NCBI RefSeq assembly: GCF_056712565.1
Contig: NZ_CM160072.1
DNA: 64,000 nucleotides
Reading direction: 5' to 3' (one strand)
The position numbers and the translations under genes were made by a program. Positions 50,868 through 64,000 of this stretch are shown piece by piece (the stretch's first letter is position 1; every line of letters begins with the position of its first letter). A model generated the notes under the pieces. The model made no database searches, was not told the origin of the DNA, and saw nothing but the letters and a program-made list of their open reading frames with translations.

Positions 50868-51605
50868 GTGAAAGTCATCATTGTTGAAGACGAATTCCTG
50901 GCACAACAGGAACTGAGCTGGCTAATTAAAGAGCACAGCCAGATGGAGATTGTCGGCACCTTTGACGACGGTCTGGACGTGTTGAAGTTTTTGCAGCATA
51001 ACCGCGTCGACGCCATTTTTCTGGATATCAATATTCCGTCGCTGGACGGTGTGTTGCTGGCGCAAAACATCAGCCAGTTCGCCCATAAACCGTTTATTGT
51101 ATTCATCACCGCGTGGAAAGAACATGCGGTGGAAGCATTTGAACTGGAAGCGTTTGACTACATTCTCAAACCGTATCAGGAGTCACGCATTACCGGGATG
51201 CTGCAAAAACTGGAAGCAGCCTGGCAACAACAGCAGACCAGCAGTACGACACCTGCCGCGACGGTAACGCGTGAGAATGACACCATTAATCTGGTGAAAG
51301 ATGAGCGAATCATCGTCACGCCAATTAACGATATCTATTACGCCGAAGCGCACGAGAAAATGACCTTTGTCTATACGCGGCGTGAATCCTACGTAATGCC
51401 GATGAACATTACCGAGTTTTGCAGCAAGCTGCCGCCGTCGCATTTTTTCCGCTGCCATCGCTCATTTTGTGTCAATCTGAACAAAATACGCGAAATCGAA
51501 CCGTGGTTTAATAACACCTACATTCTGCGGCTGAAAGATCTGGATTTTGAAGTGCCGGTCAGCCGTAGCAAAGTTAAAGAATTCCGCCAGTTAATGCATC
51601 TGTAA
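50868..51605 (+). CDS. ypdB: LytTR-family response regulator YpdB
   Basis: GTG start with GGAG Shine-Dalgarno (track start is TTG at 50850); receiver plus LytTR domains. Confidence 0.85.
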   Translation: MKVIIVEDEFLAQQELSWLIKEHSQMEIVGTFDDGLDVLKFLQHNRVDAIFLDINIPSLDGVLLAQNISQFAHKPFIVFITAWKEHAVEAFELEAFDYILKPYQESRITGMLQKLEAAWQQQQTSSTTPAATVTRENDTINLVKDERIIVTPINDIYYAEAHEKMTFVYTRRESYVMPMNITEFCSKLPPSHFFRCHRSFCVNLNKIREIEPWFNNTYILRLKDLDFEVPVSRSKVKEFRQLMHL

Positions 51606-51617
51606 TCGGGAACTTTC

Positions 51618-52475
51618 ATGAAAGCACCAGGCTTGCCCGCCGATCAACAATTTTTCGCCGATCTGTTCAGCGGCCTGGTGCTTAACCCGCAACTCCTTGG
51701 GCGCGTCTGGTTTGCCAGCCACCCCGCCTCATTGCCAGTGGGCAGTTTATGTATTGATTTTCCCCGTCTGGATATCGTGCTACGCGGCGAATACGGCAAT
51801 CTGCTGGAAGCAAAGCAGCAACGTATGGTGGAAGGAGAAATGCTGTTTATTCCGGCACGCGCGGCTAATTTACCGGTCAACAACAAACCGGTGATGCTGT
51901 TAAGCCTGGTGTTCGCACCGACCTGGCTTGGCTTATCATTTTACGATAGCCGCACCACGTCGTTGTTACATCCTGCTCGCCAGATCCAACTTCCCAGCCT
52001 GCAACGCGGCGAAGGTGAAGCGATGCTTACCGCCCTCACCCATCTTAGCCGTTCGCCGCTGGAGCAGAATATCATTCAGCCACTGGTGTTAAGTTTGCTG
52101 CATCTTTGCCGTAACGTGGTGAATATGCCGCCGGGCAATTCGCAGCCGCGCGGCGATTTTCTCTATCACAGCATTTGTAACTGGGTTCAGGATAATTATG
52201 CCCAGCCGCTCACCCGCGAGAGCGTGGCTCAGTTTTTTAATATCACGCCCAATCATCTGTCAAAACTGTTTGCTCAGCATGGAACAATGCGTTTTATCGA
52301 GTATGTTCGCTGGGTACGAATGGCAAAGGCAAGGATGATTTTGCAGAAATATCATCTGTCGATTCATGATGTGGCACAGCGTTGCGGTTTTCCGGACAGC
52401 GACTATTTTTGTCGCGTTTTCCGGCGTCAGTTTGGCCTGACGCCGGGAGAGTACAGCGCCCGTTTTCAGGGCTAA
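51618..52475 (+). CDS. ypdC: AraC-family transcriptional regulator YpdC
   Basis: 285-aa ORF with C-terminal AraC-type HTH. Confidence 0.85.
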   Translation: MKAPGLPADQQFFADLFSGLVLNPQLLGRVWFASHPASLPVGSLCIDFPRLDIVLRGEYGNLLEAKQQRMVEGEMLFIPARAANLPVNNKPVMLLSLVFAPTWLGLSFYDSRTTSLLHPARQIQLPSLQRGEGEAMLTALTHLSRSPLEQNIIQPLVLSLLHLCRNVVNMPPGNSQPRGDFLYHSICNWVQDNYAQPLTRESVAQFFNITPNHLSKLFAQHGTMRFIEYVRWVRMAKARMILQKYHLSIHDVAQRCGFPDSDYFCRVFRRQFGLTPGEYSARFQG

Positions 52476-52477
52476 CG

Positions 52478-54973
52478 TCAGAAGGTTAATTCCGTTTCCA
52501 GCAGCGTCAGGATGCTTTGCGCATCTTGCGCGGCAAACAACGACTGGCGGAAGTTTTTATTCACCAGTTTGCGCGCCAGCTGCGAGAAGACTTTCACATG
52601 ATTCATCCCTTCGTTAGCGCCCAGCGTCAGCATGATCACCAGTTCGACTTCGCCCATTTCTGACTGCCAGTCAACCGGTTTCACCAACCGGGCAATGCTG
52701 ATACTGGAATGACGGATCCACTGTGATTTGGTGTGCGGGATCGCCACGCCAAAACCAACGCCAGTAGTAACAATCTCTTCCCGCTGCCAGACATCTTCTT
52801 CCAGCTCGAACGGATGTTCAGTACGCCCGTTAACACCGAGGTTACCGCACAGGAACTGGATCGCCTGCTCTTTATTACTAAAGGACTGATCAACAAAGAT
52901 ATTCTCTAGTGCCAGCAGTGGGCGAACGTCTTCTTCCGGCGCAAACGCGGTAAGTAACGCTTCAATTTCCTGCGCGCTGCGGCACTCGCACGCCTGACGC
53001 GCCAGTTCCCGACACGCCTCGCTATCCAGTTGACGAAGCTGGCTTTTCACTGCCGGAATACGCGGGCTACTCATGCTTAGCTCATCCAGGCCCAGCCCTA
53101 GCAGTAGCGGCAGATAACGACTTTCACCGCCCAGTTCACCGCAAATACCTACCCATTTGCCGCGCTGATGCGCAGCGGTAACAATCTGCTGCAACATGCG
53201 CAGGAACGATGGCGTAATCGGGTTATACAGCGGCGATACGCGCGGGTTATTACGATCGACCGCATACAGATACTGGGTCATATCGTTGGAGCCGATACTG
53301 AAGAAATCGACCTCATCGCAGAAGTGGTCGATGATGTAGCACACCGACGGCACTTCCACCATGATACCCAGCGTAATCGTCTCTGCATGACGCAGGCCAT
53401 CGCGCTTAAGCTCAACGATCGCTTTTTGGATCTCACCCTTCACCCATAAGATCTGATCGAGACTGTGGACCATTGGGATCATCAACTGGGCGTTGCCGAA
53501 ACTGGCAGCGCGCAAAATCGCCCGCAATTGAGTACGGAACAGGCCAGCAAATTCCGGGTAAATACGTACCGCGCGATAGCCGAGGAACGGGTTCTCTTCC
53601 TGGGGAATGTTGAGGTAAGGAATGCTTTTATCGCCACCGATGTCCATCGTGCGGAAGATAATCGGCTTGTCGCCCGCCGCCAGTAGCACCTGCTGGTACG
53701 CTTCAAACTGTTCCTGCTCGTCCGGCGCGCTGTCGCGATCCATATAGAGCATTTCGGTACGAAACAGCCCAACGCCTTCCGCGCCGTTGGCAAACGCGCC
53801 TGGGGCTTCCAGAGCTGTGCCAATATTCGCCGCAATATCAATACGCTTTTTATCACGGGAATAGGCCAGCTGCGCGGCAGCTTGCGCCTGTTGTTTTTGG
53901 CGTTTATCCGCCAGCGTCTGCGCCACCTGGTAATAACCGCTCACCGCATCGTTGGGATTAATTGCCAGTACGCCGCACTGGGCATCAAGCACTGCAGGTT
54001 GCCCGGCATAACGGGCAATCGCATCCAGCGGCAGGCCGCTCAGTACCGGGATCGCCGAAGCGCGGGCCAGAATCAGGGTATGCGAGGTGCGCCCGGTTTT
54101 CTCCAGAATCATGCCCGCAAGATTTTTTAAATCGAGGCTCAAAAACTGGCTTGGGGTTAAATCTTCAGCCACCAGAATGGTCGGTTTTTCAAGCACCAGA
54201 TTATTGCGCGGTTTTAGTTCCGGCCAGGTGATATGCAGCAACTGTTCGCTGATATCGCGAATGTCGCTGACCCGCTCGCGCAGATAATCGCTGGCAGAAG
54301 CAGAAAGTTTGGCACAAATCTGCTCCATATTGCTGATGATCGCCGCCCCCAGCCCCTGATGCTGTTCTGCCATCAGGTGACGGATATTGCCTGCAAATTC
54401 ATCATCCTGAATCAGCGACAAATGGGCGCTGAGGATAGTTTTGCTTTCGCCGTCACGCTCACGCAATTGCTGGTTCAGTTGCTCGGCAAGCGTTGCCAGA
54501 CTGTGCTCCAGTAGGGTGGAATCTTGCGCACTCGCAGGGATCACCCGATAACTGTCGAGGCTGTCGCTCTGTAACAGGGTCAGTGTACCCACGCCAACGC
54601 CGCTTGCCAGCACGTTGCCGTATAGTAAATCCGGGTTCAGGCGGCTTAATGAACTCGGCAGCGGATGCGCCGTCAGTTCTGCCAGCGTCGGCTGGACGCT
54701 ATCGCTGTCGATAAAGCGCACCTGGATATACTCTTCCAGCACTCGCCGCGCCTGCTCTTCATCGCTACCGCTAATGTTCAGGCTGCAACTGTCATTAAAT
54801 AAAGTGCCAGTGCCAATCAGCGCCAGCGAGCTTTTCGCATCGGCCTTTGCGTTCTGGCGATGGTTAATAAAAGTGATTTCGCTTTGCCACTGGCTGCACT
54901 GCTCTTTAAGTTCCCACGCCGGACGAGCATGTAGACCGTTAGGCAAAGGACAGAGAAATTGAATCGTTAACAT
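52478..54973 (-). CDS. fryA: PTS multiphosphoryl transfer protein FryA
   Basis: 831-aa ORF with HPr-like, Enzyme I-like and IIA-like segments. Confidence 0.9.
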   Translation of the reverse strand: MLTIQFLCPLPNGLHARPAWELKEQCSQWQSEITFINHRQNAKADAKSSLALIGTGTLFNDSCSLNISGSDEEQARRVLEEYIQVRFIDSDSVQPTLAELTAHPLPSSLSRLNPDLLYGNVLASGVGVGTLTLLQSDSLDSYRVIPASAQDSTLLEHSLATLAEQLNQQLRERDGESKTILSAHLSLIQDDEFAGNIRHLMAEQHQGLGAAIISNMEQICAKLSASASDYLRERVSDIRDISEQLLHITWPELKPRNNLVLEKPTILVAEDLTPSQFLSLDLKNLAGMILEKTGRTSHTLILARASAIPVLSGLPLDAIARYAGQPAVLDAQCGVLAINPNDAVSGYYQVAQTLADKRQKQQAQAAAQLAYSRDKKRIDIAANIGTALEAPGAFANGAEGVGLFRTEMLYMDRDSAPDEQEQFEAYQQVLLAAGDKPIIFRTMDIGGDKSIPYLNIPQEENPFLGYRAVRIYPEFAGLFRTQLRAILRAASFGNAQLMIPMVHSLDQILWVKGEIQKAIVELKRDGLRHAETITLGIMVEVPSVCYIIDHFCDEVDFFSIGSNDMTQYLYAVDRNNPRVSPLYNPITPSFLRMLQQIVTAAHQRGKWVGICGELGGESRYLPLLLGLGLDELSMSSPRIPAVKSQLRQLDSEACRELARQACECRSAQEIEALLTAFAPEEDVRPLLALENIFVDQSFSNKEQAIQFLCGNLGVNGRTEHPFELEEDVWQREEIVTTGVGFGVAIPHTKSQWIRHSSISIARLVKPVDWQSEMGEVELVIMLTLGANEGMNHVKVFSQLARKLVNKNFRQSLFAAQDAQSILTLLETELTF

Positions 54974-54997
54974 AACCGCTCCGGGTTAATCAGGAGA

Positions 54998-56035
54998 TCA
55001 TCTGAAATCCGTCAGTTGAACAACCGTCTCACGCGTAAAACGTTGAATAAGGGCAGATAAAAGTTGCTGCATCTGCAAAATGTCGCGGCAGTCGGCAATC
55101 GATGCGGCGCAATGTCCGTGGCGGGTTGCTGGCCCCATCACCACTGTGGGTACGCCAGTGCCGGTTAAGTGCACCGCCCCACCGTCCGTGCCGCCATTGC
55201 TGAACATATCTGACTGCAACGGTACGCCAATTTCTGCCGCCACGGTTTCGATCCAGGCGATAAGTTTTGGCGGCGCAATCAGTGACTTGTCGCTTAACAC
55301 CAGCATCGGCCCGTTACCAATCTGGCGATGGTTAGCTGCGCCATAATCAAAGTTTTTCGCCCAGCAGGCGGTATCAAGCACAATGGCGACATCCGGCGAC
55401 ACCGCGCGGGTGGCAGTTTGCCCGCCGCGTAATCCCACCTCTTCGCTGGAACTTGCCACCAGCCACACTTCCGCAGGCAGTTCGGCGTCGTGCAGCTCAC
55501 GCAGTAACGTCACCAGCAGATAGCAACCGAGGCGGTCATCAAAGGCTTTCCCCATCACCCGCTGGTGAGGGAGAACCTGAAAAGTGGTATCGAAGGTAAC
55601 GCGATCGCCTGGACGAATTCCTGCCTGCATCACTTCGTCACAGGAGCGCGCGCCAATGTCCACGCGCATGGCGCTGACGTCATTCCCCTGCCGATCGCCG
55701 TCAAGCAGGCCTGGAATTTTGCACTCTTCACGGGTAGTGATACGCACCGACTGAAGCTGGCGGGCAGCCATGCGTACATTGCCAACCGGCAACACATCGA
55801 TCGCCCCTTCGCGGGAGATGCTGCGCACCATAAATCCCACTTCGTCCATATGCGCACAGATCATCACCTTCGGACCTGTCGACTCATTGAGTCGGATCAG
55901 CACCGATCCCAGACCATCAAATCGCACTTCTTTTTGCAGGCGATCCGCTTCTTCCAGCAGGATCTGCCGCACTTCCTGTTCCGAGGAGGCGATCGCATCT
56001 GCCTCGCTCAACGCTTTTAATAGCGATAAATCCAT
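54998..56035 (-). CDS. ypdE: M42-family aminopeptidase YpdE
   Basis: 345-aa ORF; K-12 synteny. Confidence 0.85.
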   Translation of the reverse strand: MDLSLLKALSEADAIASSEQEVRQILLEEADRLQKEVRFDGLGSVLIRLNESTGPKVMICAHMDEVGFMVRSISREGAIDVLPVGNVRMAARQLQSVRITTREECKIPGLLDGDRQGNDVSAMRVDIGARSCDEVMQAGIRPGDRVTFDTTFQVLPHQRVMGKAFDDRLGCYLLVTLLRELHDAELPAEVWLVASSSEEVGLRGGQTATRAVSPDVAIVLDTACWAKNFDYGAANHRQIGNGPMLVLSDKSLIAPPKLIAWIETVAAEIGVPLQSDMFSNGGTDGGAVHLTGTGVPTVVMGPATRHGHCAASIADCRDILQMQQLLSALIQRFTRETVVQLTDFR

Positions 56036-57120
56036 TATGCCTCTCCCGTGAGCAACACTGTTTTCGGCATGGCGTAGAGCACCTCTGCGCCTTGCGGGGT
56101 AACCAGCACAACATCTTCGATGCGCACGCCCCCTTGCCCTGGCAAATAAATCCCTGGCTCCACGGTCAGTAACATACCTGGCTGTAGCGTCGTGGTGTCC
56201 CGCGGTGAAAAACGCGGATCTTCATGGACTTCAATGCCGATAGCATGACCGGTGTTATGGCCGAAATAGTCGCCATAACCGGCTTCTGTAATCACCCGGC
56301 GCGCGGCATCGTCAACCTGCTGGCAGCGCACGCCGGGGCGAATCGCGGAGATTGCTGCGAGCTGTGCCTGCAGGACAATTTGATAGACGTTAAACAGCGG
56401 GTGAGATTCGGCGCTCACCCCTTCGCCATTCACCAGCAAGGTGCGCGTCATATCAGAGCAGTAGCCCTGATAGAGCGCACCGAAATCGAGAGTGACAAAC
56501 TCGCCCGCTGTAACAATCTTGTCGCTGGCTTTGCCGTGCGGCAGCGCCCCACGCCAGCCGCTGGCGACAATGGTGTCAAAAGAGGCTTTTTCTGCGCCCT
56601 GCCGGCGCATAAACCACTCCAGTTCAGCGGCTATCTCGCATTCGCTCATTCCCGCCTGAATAAAGCGGCGAATATGCTCTGCGCCACGATCGGCAATCCC
56701 GCAGGCAAGGCGGATTTTCTCCACCTCTTCTGGCGTTTTGATTTGCCGCAGCACATCCGGCGTGGCGCTCACCAGTTTCGCATTGAGTTCGGACTGCCAG
56801 CGGTGCGCGGTTTCCCAACTCACCTGCTGGCCTTCAAAACCGAGCGTTTGCAACTGCTCATCGGCAATGATTTGTCTGACGATGGTGGCAAGCGTGTGCA
56901 TCGCGTCGAGCAAATGCAGCTGGTAACCTTGCGTGCGGGCTTCTACATCCGCGTAATAGCGCGAATCCACCAGAATGTGCGCACTTTCACGGCTAATCAC
57001 CACATAACCTGATCCGGTGGAGATCCCCAGATGCGGCTGTTTGTTCTGCCGTGAGGAGAGAAGCACCGCATCCAGTTGTTGTGCCTTAAGCCAGTCACGC
57101 AGCGAAGCGAGTAATGTCAT
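56035..57120 (-). CDS. ypdF: Xaa-Pro aminopeptidase YpdF (M24 family)
   Basis: 361-aa ORF with M24 metal-binding motifs; overlaps ypdE. Confidence 0.85.
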   Translation of the reverse strand: MTLLASLRDWLKAQQLDAVLLSSRQNKQPHLGISTGSGYVVISRESAHILVDSRYYADVEARTQGYQLHLLDAMHTLATIVRQIIADEQLQTLGFEGQQVSWETAHRWQSELNAKLVSATPDVLRQIKTPEEVEKIRLACGIADRGAEHIRRFIQAGMSECEIAAELEWFMRRQGAEKASFDTIVASGWRGALPHGKASDKIVTAGEFVTLDFGALYQGYCSDMTRTLLVNGEGVSAESHPLFNVYQIVLQAQLAAISAIRPGVRCQQVDDAARRVITEAGYGDYFGHNTGHAIGIEVHEDPRFSPRDTTTLQPGMLLTVEPGIYLPGQGGVRIEDVVLVTPQGAEVLYAMPKTVLLTGEA

Positions 57121-57135
57121 CTGGATTTTTCCTTC

Positions 57136-58383
57136 TTACAGGCTATCGATTAACAATTTGCCTTTACGGAACATCATCAGACGCAGGAACACCACCATCA
57201 GCGCAGTTATGACTGCCCCCAGCGCGATCCCCGCCATGTAGACGCCGAGGTTAGTGACCAGCGGCCATGCCCAGATAGCGGACTCCGGGAACCATTGCAC
57301 TGCGCCCAGCCAGACTGCGGCGGTTGAGCCGACAATCGCGCCAACCATATACGACGGAATGGCGGTGATAGGGCTTTCCAGTGCAAACGGAATCGCACCC
57401 TCACTGATCCCCATAAAGGCAAGGAACATCGCGGTCTTACCCTGCGGATAAAGCTGGGCGTTGAACAAGCGTTTGCCAGTTAAGCGACGATCGATAATGG
57501 TCGCCAGACCCAGACCAATCGGCGGAATAACGATAGCGATAGAACGTGCAGTGACCGGTAATACGTGGTCAGTGGTAAAGCTGAAGGCAACGAAACCTGC
57601 CGCTTTGTTGATCGGGCCACCAAGGTCGATTGCTGTCGCCGCGGCGATCCCCATTGCGTACATCAGCGCGCCCTTCTCACCTGCAGCGGTCAGCACGGTA
57701 CGGATACCGCCGTTGATCCAGCCACCAAAGGGGGTGATGACGTAGTACATCGCCAGCATGACAAAAATGGCGGAAAGAATCGGTAGCAAAAATGTGGTTT
57801 TGAACGCTAACAGGAAATCCGGTAACTGGATTTTCTGGTTCATCCATTTCACAAGGTAACCGGCAACGATAGAAATAATCAGCGCACCAATGAAGGTGGA
57901 CGGCACCGGCGAAGAGGTCGCCCATTGCATAATGCTGGGATCGAAGTTCAGCAGTTGCGTCGGCTGGGTAGACATCAAGCCGCCGATAAAACCAGCCGGG
58001 AACGCCAGTTTGCCACCGATAGAGTTCGCCACAAAAGCAGCAAACATCGGAATGGCAAAACCAAACAACACGCCGCCGAAGGATTGCGACAGCCAGGCAA
58101 ATTTAAGTAAGGAGAGGTCGAAACCAGAGAATTTCCCGCTATTAAGAGCATCCATGATGCCGATATCAGCAGGAATTTTAAGCCAGCTATAAGCAATCAG
58201 CTGACTGAAAGCGAGGATCACACCGCCCATAATTAAGGTCGGCACCATGCGTGAAATCCCTGACATCACATGCTGCGGGAGTTCACCCCAGAAGCTGGAT
58301 TTAGAGGCCTGCGGATTCTTAACTGCCGCTGCCGCACCGGATGCGCCATGCACAACGGTTGCACTGCGTTTTTTAATGGCCAT
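57136..58383 (-). CDS. fryC: PTS fructose-like IIC component FryC
   Basis: 415-aa polytopic membrane ORF. Confidence 0.85.
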   Translation of the reverse strand: MAIKKRSATVVHGASGAAAAVKNPQASKSSFWGELPQHVMSGISRMVPTLIMGGVILAFSQLIAYSWLKIPADIGIMDALNSGKFSGFDLSLLKFAWLSQSFGGVLFGFAIPMFAAFVANSIGGKLAFPAGFIGGLMSTQPTQLLNFDPSIMQWATSSPVPSTFIGALIISIVAGYLVKWMNQKIQLPDFLLAFKTTFLLPILSAIFVMLAMYYVITPFGGWINGGIRTVLTAAGEKGALMYAMGIAAATAIDLGGPINKAAGFVAFSFTTDHVLPVTARSIAIVIPPIGLGLATIIDRRLTGKRLFNAQLYPQGKTAMFLAFMGISEGAIPFALESPITAIPSYMVGAIVGSTAAVWLGAVQWFPESAIWAWPLVTNLGVYMAGIALGAVITALMVVFLRLMMFRKGKLLIDSL

Positions 58384-58404
58384 AACAATTATCCCTGTCG
58401 AATA

Positions 58405-58731
58405 TTACTGTTGTTCAGAGGCAATCATCTCTTCGATTTCTTTGATGATTCCCGCAGCGTTTTTAATTGCGTCCTGCAAAGTGATTTCATAAACGTCGCG
58501 TGATTCGAAACGTTCGTTATCTTCCGGGGTAACTGCCACGGAGTGGATGATGATGGTCGCTTCGGCGATATCCTGCGCCGTCAGGCGATTCTGGATACCG
58601 TCCGCGCCCTGGGTTTCAATTTTCACTTCATAACCGGCTTCTACCGCCGCTTCTTCCAGCGCCTGAGCGGCCATAAAAGTGTGAGCCAGGCCCATTGGGC
58701 AGGCACATAAGGCAATCAGTTTCTTACTCAT
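58405..58731 (-). CDS. fryB: PTS fructose-like IIB component FryB
   Basis: Internal ATG gives 108 aa with phosphorylatable Cys motif (LCACPMG). Confidence 0.85.
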   Translation of the reverse strand: MSKKLIALCACPMGLAHTFMAAQALEEAAVEAGYEVKIETQGADGIQNRLTAQDIAEATIIIHSVAVTPEDNERFESRDVYEITLQDAIKNAAGIIKEIEEMIASEQQ

Positions 58732-58949
58732 CGTTAATTCCTCGTTCAGTGATAGTTGACGAGTGGAATTATGAACGTGCAAAACAAATCGCCGTTACCA
58801 GACAAATAATGCATTTACTGGAGAATTAATCCCGCTGTACGGAAGTGTGACGCAGGTCGGCCTTGTGAGGGGGACACAAAGAAAATTTAATTAACTGTAT
58901 GATTTAAAAGATTATCGGGAGAGTTACCTCCCGATATAACAGGAAGGAT

Positions 58950-59915
58950 TTAGAGAATGTGACCTAAGGTCTGGCGTAAATGTGCACCGGAACCGAGAAG
59001 GCCCGGATTGTCATGGACGATGAGATACACCGGAATATCATGGACATATTCTTTAAAGCGCCCTTTATCTTCAAATGCGGCGCGGAAACCAGAGGCTTTG
59101 AAGAACTCAAGGAAGCGCGGCACGATACCACCCGCAATAAACACGCCGCCAAATGTCCCGAGATTGAGCGCCAGATTGCCGCCAAAACGGCCCATAATGA
59201 CGCAAAACAGCGACAACGCGCGGCGGCAATCGGTGCAGCTGTCAGCCAGCGCGCGTTCGGTAATATCTTTTGGCTTGAGATTTTCTGGCAGGCGGTTGTC
59301 GGCTTTAACAATTGCGCGATACAAATTCACCAGTCCAGGGCCAGAAAGCACGCGTTCCGCCGAAACATGACCAATTTCCGCACGCAATATTTCGAGGATA
59401 ATGCCCTCTTCTTCACTATTCGGCGCAAAATCAACGTGACCGCCTTCTCCTGGCAAGCTTACCCAACGCTTATCGACATGGACCAGATGCGCAACCCCAA
59501 GCCCTGTTCCGGCACCGTAAACCGCAATAGGCTTACCTTCTACCGGTTCTGCGCCACCAAACTGAATCAGATGCTCTTTTTTCAGCATCGGGATCGCCAT
59601 CGATACAGCAGTAAAATCGTTAATAATTTCCAGATGGCTAAAACCGAGATTCTTTTTCATTTCGGCAATTGAGAACGCCCAGGTATGGTTGGTCATTGCC
59701 ACCCAGTCACCGGTAATTGGGCAAGCGATGGCAATACAGCCGTCTTTCACCTCGACCTTATGTTCTTCAAGATAAACGCGAATGACCGCTTCGAGGCTGG
59801 GGTAATCAAGCCCTGAATAGGTCTTAGCCTGCGAGATTTCACCACTGGCAATATCACACAGAGCAAGACGTGCGTTGGTGCCGCCCACATCACCGACTAA
59901 TGCATACTTTGTCAT
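58950..59915 (-). CDS. glk: Glucokinase
   Basis: 321-aa [22 protein letters not shown]... matching recalled Glk. Confidence 0.95.
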   Translation of the reverse strand: MTKYALVGDVGGTNARLALCDIASGEISQAKTYSGLDYPSLEAVIRVYLEEHKVEVKDGCIAIACPITGDWVAMTNHTWAFSIAEMKKNLGFSHLEIINDFTAVSMAIPMLKKEHLIQFGGAEPVEGKPIAVYGAGTGLGVAHLVHVDKRWVSLPGEGGHVDFAPNSEEEGIILEILRAEIGHVSAERVLSGPGLVNLYRAIVKADNRLPENLKPKDITERALADSCTDCRRALSLFCVIMGRFGGNLALNLGTFGGVFIAGGIVPRFLEFFKASGFRAAFEDKGRFKEYVHDIPVYLIVHDNPGLLGSGAHLRQTLGHIL

Positions 59916-60118
59916 TCTTCAACTGCTCCGCTAAAGTCAAAATAATTCTTTCTCACACTGTAAATACCTAGGGGCATAACAACAACGCCGGAAAGGCAGG
60001 CTCCCTGTAAATATCGATCTGGGTCACACAATTACTTTATCGTTTCAGCACCAATTGCAGCGATGCCTTTTTGCAAGCTGGGCAAACTAAGTATCTGACC
60101 CCGCATAAGGAATAGAAC

Positions 60119-61375
60119 ATGCTCCATCCGCGAGCCAGAACCATGTTGTTATTATCGCTCCCCGCCGTGGCAATTGGGATTGCGTCCAGTCTTATTCTGA
60201 TTATGGTGATGAAAATCGCCTCGGTATTACAGAATTTGCTCTGGCAACGACTGCCGGGAACTCTGGGGATAGCCCAGGATTCACCTCTCTGGATCATCGG
60301 TGTATTAACGCTAACGGGTATTGCGGTGGGGTTGGTTATCCGTTTCAGCCAGGGTCATGCCGGACCAGACCCCGCCTGTGAACCGCTTATCGGCGCACCG
60401 GTTCCGCCCTCTGCGCTACCAGGACTTATCGTAGCATTAATTCTCGGTCTTGCTGGCGGCGTCAGCCTGGGGCCGGAACATCCGATCATGACCGTCAATA
60501 TCGCCCTTGCCGTCGCCATTGGCGCTCGTCTGTTACCGCGCGTCAACCGAATGGAGTGGACTATTTTAGCCTCTGCCGGAACTATCGGCGCGCTGTTTGG
60601 CACACCTGTTGCGGCGGCATTGATATTTTCGCAAACCTTAAATGGCAGTAATGAAGTTCCGCTATGGGATCGTCTCTTTGCGCCGTTAATGGCGGCAGCA
60701 GCTGGTGCACTTACTACCGGATTATTTTTCCATCCTCATTTTTCACTGCCCATTGCGCATTACGGACAGATGGAAATGACCGATATTCTCAGCGGTGCAA
60801 TTGTCGCGGCGATTGCCATCGCAGCAGGGATGGTCGCCGTATGGTGCTTACCACGGTTGCACGCGATGATGCATCAAATGAAAAATCCGGTGTTCGTGCT
60901 GGGTATTGGCGGACTTATTCTCGGTATTCTGGGGGTTATTGGTGGACCGGTTTCGCTGTTTAAAGGGCTGGATGAGATGCAGCAGATGGTGGCAAATCAG
61001 GCTTTCAGCACCAGCGATTACTTTTTGCTGGCGGTGATAAAACTTGCCGCCCTGGTCGTTGCTGCCGCCAGTGGCTTTCGCGGTGGGCGAATCTTCCCGG
61101 CAGTGTTTGTCGGCGTGGCATTAGGGTTGATGCTTCATGAGCACGTTCCCGCCGTTCCAGCGGCAATAACCGTTTCCTGCGCTATACTCGGCATCGTGCT
61201 GGTGGTAACACGCGATGGCTGGTTAAGTCTTTTTATGGCGGCAGTCGTTGTACCCAATACCACATTGCTACCGCTGCTCTGTATCGTCATGCTCCCGGCA
61301 TGGCTGTTATTAGCAGGTAAGCCGATGATGATGGTCAATCGTCAGAAGCAACAGCCACCCCACGATAACGTTTAG
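60119..61375 (+). CDS. yfeO: Putative ion channel (ClC-like) YfeO
   Basis: 418-aa polytopic membrane ORF; K-12 synteny. Confidence 0.85.
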   Translation: MLHPRARTMLLLSLPAVAIGIASSLILIMVMKIASVLQNLLWQRLPGTLGIAQDSPLWIIGVLTLTGIAVGLVIRFSQGHAGPDPACEPLIGAPVPPSALPGLIVALILGLAGGVSLGPEHPIMTVNIALAVAIGARLLPRVNRMEWTILASAGTIGALFGTPVAAALIFSQTLNGSNEVPLWDRLFAPLMAAAAGALTTGLFFHPHFSLPIAHYGQMEMTDILSGAIVAAIAIAAGMVAVWCLPRLHAMMHQMKNPVFVLGIGGLILGILGVIGGPVSLFKGLDEMQQMVANQAFSTSDYFLLAVIKLAALVVAAASGFRGGRIFPAVFVGVALGLMLHEHVPAVPAAITVSCAILGIVLVVTRDGWLSLFMAAVVVPNTTLLPLLCIVMLPAWLLLAGKPMMMVNRQKQQPPHDNV

Positions 61376-61489
61376 CAAAAAATGCTCTCCTTTATGATTT
61401 AAGAGTTATGGCGATGATACGGCGCTTTACCTCCCCGTAATATTGCGTTAACAGGCCGCTGACGGCTTCGATCGTGAAGGAGAATAACA

Positions 61490-61816
61490 ATGTTCAGGTC
61501 ACTGTTTCTGGCGGCCGCCCTGATGGCATTTACCCCGCTTGCGGCAAACGCAAGTGAAATCACCCTACTGCCATCAATCAAATTACAAATTGGCGATCGC
61601 GATCATTACGGTAATTACTGGGACGGTGGTCACTGGCGCGACCGTGACTACTGGCACCGCAATTATGAATGGCGTAAAAACCGCTGGTGGCGTCATGATA
61701 ATGGCTACCATCGTGGCTGGGATAAGCGTAAAGCGTATGAGCGTGGCTATCGTGAAGGCTGGCGCGATCGTGACGATCATCGTGGAAAAGGCCGCGGACA
61801 TGGACACCGCCATTAA
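61490..61816 (+). CDS. ypeC: Periplasmic protein YpeC
   Basis: 108-aa ORF with signal peptide and Arg/Asp/Trp/His-rich repeats. Confidence 0.75.
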   Translation: MFRSLFLAAALMAFTPLAANASEITLLPSIKLQIGDRDHYGNYWDGGHWRDRDYWHRNYEWRKNRWWRHDNGYHRGWDKRKAYERGYREGWRDRDDHRGKGRGHGHRH

Positions 61817-61956
61817 ACGCATCCGTCAATGGAGCACAATGCCTGATGCGACGCTAGCGCGTCTTATCAGGCCTACAAACCAGCTCTTTAACGCGTAGGG
61901 CGGATAAAGCATTTACGCCGCATCCGCCAATGGTGCCAAATGCGACGCTCATTCAA

Positions 61957-63204
<1,248 letters not shown>

Positions 63205-63207
63205 CTA

Positions 63208-63229
63208 AAACATAGCCTTTGCTATGTTT
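63208..63229. promoter_or_regulatory. MntR-box palindrome upstream of mntH
   Basis: AAACATAGC-N4-GCTATGTTT inverted repeat 13 nt upstream of mntH start. Confidence 0.5.
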
Positions 63230-63530
63230 CATGCTACGTTAAATGAGAATGATTATCAAACTCATTTAAATGGGTTGTGATGATTTCTCTGATAGACCAG
63301 GATTATGACTACGAAAAGATAGATGACTCGAATGTTATGGTTATGTTTAATATTAGCACATTTACATAACCTTCCGCTTCCATACACAACATAGCAGAAA
63401 TGTATGACAGATCACTATTTTTGAAGCTTGTCACAGGACGTCATTATATTGTGTGTCAGATCTCGTTTTCCTTAACCATGTTACATAGAATGTGCACGGA
63501 AATTTAACCTGCCTCATATTTGGAGCAAAT

Positions 63531-64000
63531 ATGGACCGCGTCCTTCATTTTGTACTGGCACTTGCCGTTGTTGCGATTCTCGCACTGCTGGTAAGCAGCG
63601 ACCGCAAAAAAATTCGTATCCGTTATGTTATTCAACTGCTTGTTATCGAAGTGTTACTGGCGTGGTTCTTCCTGAACTCCGACGTTGGTCTGGGCTTCGT
63701 GAAAGGCTTCTCCGAAATGTTCGAAAAACTGCTCGGATTTGCCAACGAAGGGACTAACTTCGTCTTTGGTAGCATGAATGATCAAGGCCTGGCATTCTTC
63801 TTCCTGAAAGTGCTGTGCCCAATCGTCTTTATCTCTGCGCTGATCGGTATTCTCCAGCATATTCGCGTATTGCCGGTGATTATCCGCGCAATTGGTTTCC
63901 TGCTCTCCAAAGTCAACGGCATGGGCAAACTGGAATCCTTTAACGCCGTCAGCTCCCTGATTCTGGGTCAGTCTGAAAACTTTATTGCCTATAAAGATAT
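63531..64000 (+). CDS. nupC: Nucleoside:H+ symporter NupC (N-terminal part, runs off window)
   Basis: [36 protein letters not shown]... with GGAG Shine-Dalgarno; continues past window end. Confidence 0.9.

Overview
The window has two parts. Positions 1 to about 27080 are the right-hand ~27 kb of a lambdoid prophage; positions ~27080 to 64000 are ordinary E. coli core chromosome in K-12 gene order (dsdCXA, emrYK, evgAS, yfdE-yfdV-oxc-frc, yfdX, ypdI, yfdY, lpxP, ypdK, alaC, ypdABC, fryA-ypdEF-fryCB, glk, yfeO, ypeC, mntH, nupC). All identifications are from reading the sequence and from recalled protein families; no database search or folding was run.

The prophage is a mosaic: a P22-like ejection/head/packaging module (gp7, gp14, gp26 tail needle, gp10, gp4, coat, scaffold, portal, TerL, TerS), a lambda-type lysis cassette (S with dual start, R, Rz with embedded Rz1), a Q antiterminator, a lambda-like nin region (NinH, RusA, YbcO-like, Rha, NinF, NinE, NinB), DnaB-like helicase and O-like initiator with ori iterons, lambda-type cII, P22-type cro/c2 with AAG-N4-CTT operators, an N antiterminator with paired nut sites, and an early-left block (cIII-like, Erf, SSB, several unknowns) ending in torI. 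An argW-derived attR core sits just before dsdC. This is the KplE1/CPS-53 integration site, which holds only a decayed remnant in K-12; here the prophage looks largely intact. The integrase, tailspike and attL are not in the window.

I did not find a recognisable known defence system, CRISPR array, IS element, tRNA or rRNA. The candidates most worth a second look are: (1) an AT-rich 156-aa moron immediately after N; (2) a ~310-nt N leader downstream of nutL with a second nut-like hairpin and a start-stop mini-ORF; (3) the tightly coupled early-left block of unknown genes; (4) an argW T-arm fragment upstream of torI that, with the attR core, looks like a split argW 3' half; (5) a nin-region cluster of small membrane proteins plus a Zn-ribbon gene apparently frameshifted at a G6 tract. 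The host segment looks ordinary.
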